Shown one piece after another: positions 60,107 through 64,000 of a stretch of DNA of 64,000 nucleotides (position 1 is the first letter of the stretch; every line of letters begins with the position of its first letter). Position numbers and translations under genes: made by a program. The notes below the pieces were generated by a model. It saw only the letters and a list, made by a program, of their open reading frames with translations. It ran no database searches and had not been told where the DNA came from. Origin of the DNA: Selaginella moellendorffii (lineage: Eukaryota > Plantae > Lycopodiophyta); NCBI RefSeq assembly GCF_000143415.4, contig NW_003314339.1, forward strand, positions 365,751-429,750, in the 5' to 3' direction.

Positions 60107-61618
60107 TGGGCGCTGCCGAATCGTGGCGGGCGCGAGCGACCAGGGCATCGGCGACAACTACGAGCTGGGCGAGGAGCTGGGCAGGGGCCAGTTCGGCGTC
60201 ATCCGGCTGTGCCGCCATAGATCCACCGGCGAGCGCCTGGCTTGCAAGTCCATCGCCAAGGCCAAGCTCACGTCGACGGGGGACGTGCGCGACGTGCAGC
60301 GCGAGATCGAGATCATGCAGCAGCTGGCCGGGAATCCACACATTGTGGGCTTGCGCGACGTGGTGGAGGACGACGAGTCCGTCCATATGGTGATGGAGCT
60401 GTGCGAGGGCGGCGAGCTCTTCGACCGGATCGTGGAGAGGAAGATGTACTGCGAGCGCGACGCGGCGCGGGTGTGCAAGACGGTTGTGGAGGTGATCCAG
60501 TGCTGCAACGCGCGCGGGATCATCCACCGGGACCTCAAGCCCGAGAACATCCTGCTGGTGGATGCGGCGAGCAACTCGCGGATCAAAGTCGCGGATTTCG
60601 GCCTCGCTGTCCACTTCCACCCAGGTGAGAGAGGGAGAGAAAGAAGGGTTTTCTTTATTTCTTGGTGCTTTGATGGTGGTGCTAGTGGAGTGGTGATGAG
60701 ATTCGAGTGAAGAGATTTGGTTGGAGTGGAGTGAGAGAGGGTGGCGGTTCTCTTTCCACTGCCTAGTTCTAACGCTTCGATTGATCGATCAATGTTACAG
60801 GCGAGACGCACTCGGGCATGGCTGGCAGTGCGTACTACATTGCTCCAGAGGTTTTGAGGGGCGAGTACGGGCCAGAGGTGGACGTTTGGAGCGCGGGCGT
60901 GGTACTGTACGTGATGCTCTGTGGCGTCCCACCGTTTTGGGACGAGACGGAGGAGGGCATCTTTGATGCTATTCGCTATGGCCACCTTGACCTCTCCAGC
61001 GATCCCTGGCCAAAGCTTTCCGCCTCGGTCAAGCGCCTCGTTCGCGGGATGCTGTGCCAGGATCCCAGCAAGCGCCTCACTCCGGCTCAAATCCTCAGTA
61101 AGTTCGTCGAGTTCGAGTTGATCGATGGGAAGGAACTTAAGCTTTTGTTTGGTTTGATGGTTCCAGATCACGAGTGGATCGTTGAGCATGCAAGCGCGGT
61201 GGACAAGGAGGAGGAGGAAGAGGTGGTGGTGGCGGAGGTGTCGCCGACGCCGGGAAGCAGCCTTGCGAGGGTGAAGCTGGGGCGTCGCAGCATCAACGCC
61301 GACTTGGGATCGTGGAGATCGTGGCAGACGACGACGAGCTCGAGCAGCAGCGATAGCGACACCGGGTTCTTGGAGGGGCTCTTGAACGATGGCCAGGACA
61401 GGGTGGCGGAGGACGATGCGGCAGTGGGATCATCGAAACATCGTGTTGATCGCGATGGTCGGGACCGGATTGGGAGTGTATCGGGGAAGACGACGATGAC
61501 TCCGACACCTCCAGCGGCCACTAGCGTGCCTTTGTACCTCACCACTCCGTGCCGGCCCCTCGACGCTTGTTACGGTGCTACACGGTTCTTCCAAAGGCAG
61601 GTGTCGAGCGGCGCGTGA
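59973..61618 (+). CDS. CDPK-superfamily Ser/Thr kinase without EF-hands (PEPKR-like), three exons
   Basis: [51 protein letters not shown]. Acidic/Ser-rich tail instead of a calmodulin-like domain. Confidence 0.9.
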
Positions 61619-62059
61619 TCGAAGCGAGGCGGTCGAGACGATCGAGCCGATTTTTGGTGGTGCATGGTGGTGTTTTTGCAAGTTTCGAGTGACACCACCG
61701 CTCCACACATTTATTCGTTCATCCAGATGGTGGGCGATTCTTCTGTTTTTTCTTCTTTTTTTTTTTCCTTCCATTCTCTTTCTCCCAGATTGATCGATGC
61801 TATACGTTTAGATCTATGTTCTCGCAGCTCCTCGGCTGGAACTATTTTTTGGCTACACAAATAAAGGGTTAGCTTAAGTTTGTATAAAACTCTTGCTTGA
61901 GAGTCGCTGTCAATAGTTTTGCCTTTGTTGGATGGTGTTTAGACCAAAAAAAAAAAAAGAAGAGATTTTTAGTGTGTGAGCGACGATTGGGACCGGGTTT
62001 AGGGCGAGAGGAAGCGCCTTTGTCTAGGAATTTCATGTCGAAAAAGGAAGAGCATTGCA

Positions 62060-63786
62060 ATGGAGGCGCAGCCCGAGTCCCTGACGCGATTGCTCCAGTT
62101 TTCGGTGCTTCCAATCGCCAAAGTTCTGGTCATGTGTGCGCTGGGATTGCTCATGGCCTCCTCCTACATCAACATCCTCAACGCCACATCGCGTAAGCAG
62201 CTGAGCAAGGTAAGAGAGAAGCAACCCACTCCATGTAGATCCATCCATGGCTGCCTTGTTCCAGCTCGTCTTCCAAGTGTTCTTGCCGTGTCTCATCTTC
62301 ACACAACTCGGAACAGCAGTGACCCTAGAGAAGCTGCTGGAATGGTAGTCAAGAAGCGCTGACTACCGGAACTTACGTGGTCCTTTTTGTCAACAGGTGG
62401 TTCATCCCAGTCAACGTACTTATCTCCTCCACACTGGGCTGTTTGCTCGGCCTGCTCGTGGCGCTGCTCATCAAGCCACCGCCGCGCTTCTTCAAGTTCA
62501 CCATCGTCATGATCGGCATTGGTATGTTCTTCCTCGCTCGCTTGCTTTTGGGTCCCGGAGCTCCATGAATCATGTCCCCGCAGGAAACATTGGAAACATA
62601 CCTTTGGTTCTCGTTGGAGCGATTTGCCGGGACAAGAACAACCCCTTCAACGATCCAGACACTTGCAACACTGACGGCGTTGCGTATATATCCTATGGAC
62701 AGTGGGTACGTATTCCAGTTTTGCTCCTGGTAGAGCTCATGGCGTATGTTCCATTGTTTTTGCTTCTGATGTTTTCTCTACTTCTGTATATAGGTGGGGG
62801 CAGTGATCGTCTACACGTTCGTGTACAGGATGCTAGCACCTCCTGCTTCTGAAGAGGAAGAAGCCTCCAAGTCGCGAGAGCCTCTCCTTGTTGATCACAG
62901 CAGTAGCGACGCAAGCGAAAGCGACAATGTTGTTCCATCCACGAACAGCAAAGTAAGTTGTCAACTCGACTCTTGTGTGAGATCTTCTCAACAGTGCCGG
63001 AAAGTGTCGCAGGCCGTGGCCCGAATCAAGCTGTGGCTACAGAGCGCGAGAATTGGAGACATACTTCAGCCACCGGTTGCAGCATCTGTACGTTGAGAGA
63101 TCGCGTTTTGTTTTCTCGTTTCAGTCGCTGGAAACAGTGGATTTTGTGCAGCTTCTGGCACTGGTGTTTGGAGCAACGCCATTCCTCAAGATGCTCTTCC
63201 TGGAAGACGATGCGGTGTTCTACTTCCTCTCCGACAGCCTCAACATCCTCGGGTATGGCATGGCACTTTTTGTTTTTCTCGTAAGCTGCTTGCTCTTGTG
63301 GATCAGTGGAGCCATGATCCCATGCATCATGCTCGTCCTCGGAGGGAATCTCGTCAAAGGTTGGAGCGATACGAATCCGGAACTTTAGTTTACTCACTCG
63401 CCACTGTTGTTTCCAGGACCTGGAGCGTCCGAGCTGGGACTCAAGACGACGGTGGCCATCACGGTGGTGAGGCTGGTGCTGGTGCCTCCAATGGGCATTG
63501 CCGTGGTTTCACTCGCCGAGAAGCTCAACTTGCTACCACCCAACAACAAGATGTTCCGCTTCGTGCTGCTGCTCCAGCACTCGATGCCAACCTCCATTCT
63601 CGCAGGTAAAATCCAAGGATTTTGGATGAATGGATCGAACTAACACTGCAAATCTTCGCAGGAGCGGTGGCCAGCCTCCAAGGTTACGCCGAGCAAGAAG
63701 CCTCCGCGATACTGTTTTGGGAGCACATAGCGTCCGTGGTCACCATGACCGGATGGTTGGGTGTCCACGTAAACTACCTCTCGTAA
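62060..63786 (+). CDS. PILS: PIN-LIKES auxin carrier (PILS6-like), multi-exon
   Basis: VLPIAKVLVMC, VFLPCLIF, WFIPVNV, GIGNIGNIPLV, AYISYGQWVGA, AMIPCIMLVLGGNL, FRFVLLLQHSMPTS. Confidence 0.93.
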
Positions 63787-64000
63787 CTTCTATTATCTTA
63801 ATATTCAAAGCTGGGCGAATATGCCCCTCGTCCGTCCCATTCACATTGTCCGCGAATTATCTACGTGGCAGCCTTCTCTCCCTCCGATGCGCGCGGCCGC
63901 CACCGTCCATTTAACCCATCTCGTAGCGACCGCTCCCCCCCTCTCTCTGTCTCTCTCTTTTTTTTCCTCGCTCGCTCGCTCTCGTCCAGTTTTGAGAGGA

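Noticed and set aside
30415-61545. Many 100-340 aa antisense or alternate-frame ORFs over GRAS, RLK, helicase, P450 and kinase genes
   Set aside because: These are shadow ORFs expected from GC-rich codon usage; none shows a recognisable domain.

Overview
Land-plant nuclear DNA, not prokaryotic. Very short (about 50-90 bp) introns, tiny intergenic spacers, GC-rich exons and many PLS-type PPR fragments suggest the lycophyte Selaginella (inference). Positions 1-27 kb are a repeat and pseudogene region. It holds a mosaic of PPR and other gene fragments duplicated in permuted order, plus a nested cluster of one LTR family (about 1.5-kb TG...CA LTRs with hexamer/dodecamer arrays and 5-bp TSDs). Inside that cluster is a complete Cassandra-type TRIM with 5S rRNA-derived LTR domains, an iMet PBS and a perfect TSD. 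The region also has tRNA-like Pol III motifs and a decayed inverted copy of the neighbouring PP2C gene. Positions 28-64 kb are very gene-dense: PP2C, SCL4/7-like GRAS factor, PLS-E PPR, DUF4228/PADRE protein, At3g27390-like membrane protein, two LRR-RLKs, RH47/ISE1 helicase, HPT/VTE2, DHHC S-acyltransferase, CCCH-LOTUS-RRM protein, THF1, YchF/OLA1, POP1, a CYP90-like P450, a PEPKR-like kinase and a PILS auxin carrier. The best leads are the Cassandra TRIM sharing cis-signals with the LTR family it sits in, and the P450 whose I-helix AGxETT motif is replaced by NAEGIP. All homology calls come from recalled motifs, not database searches. Spliced gene boundaries were read by eye.
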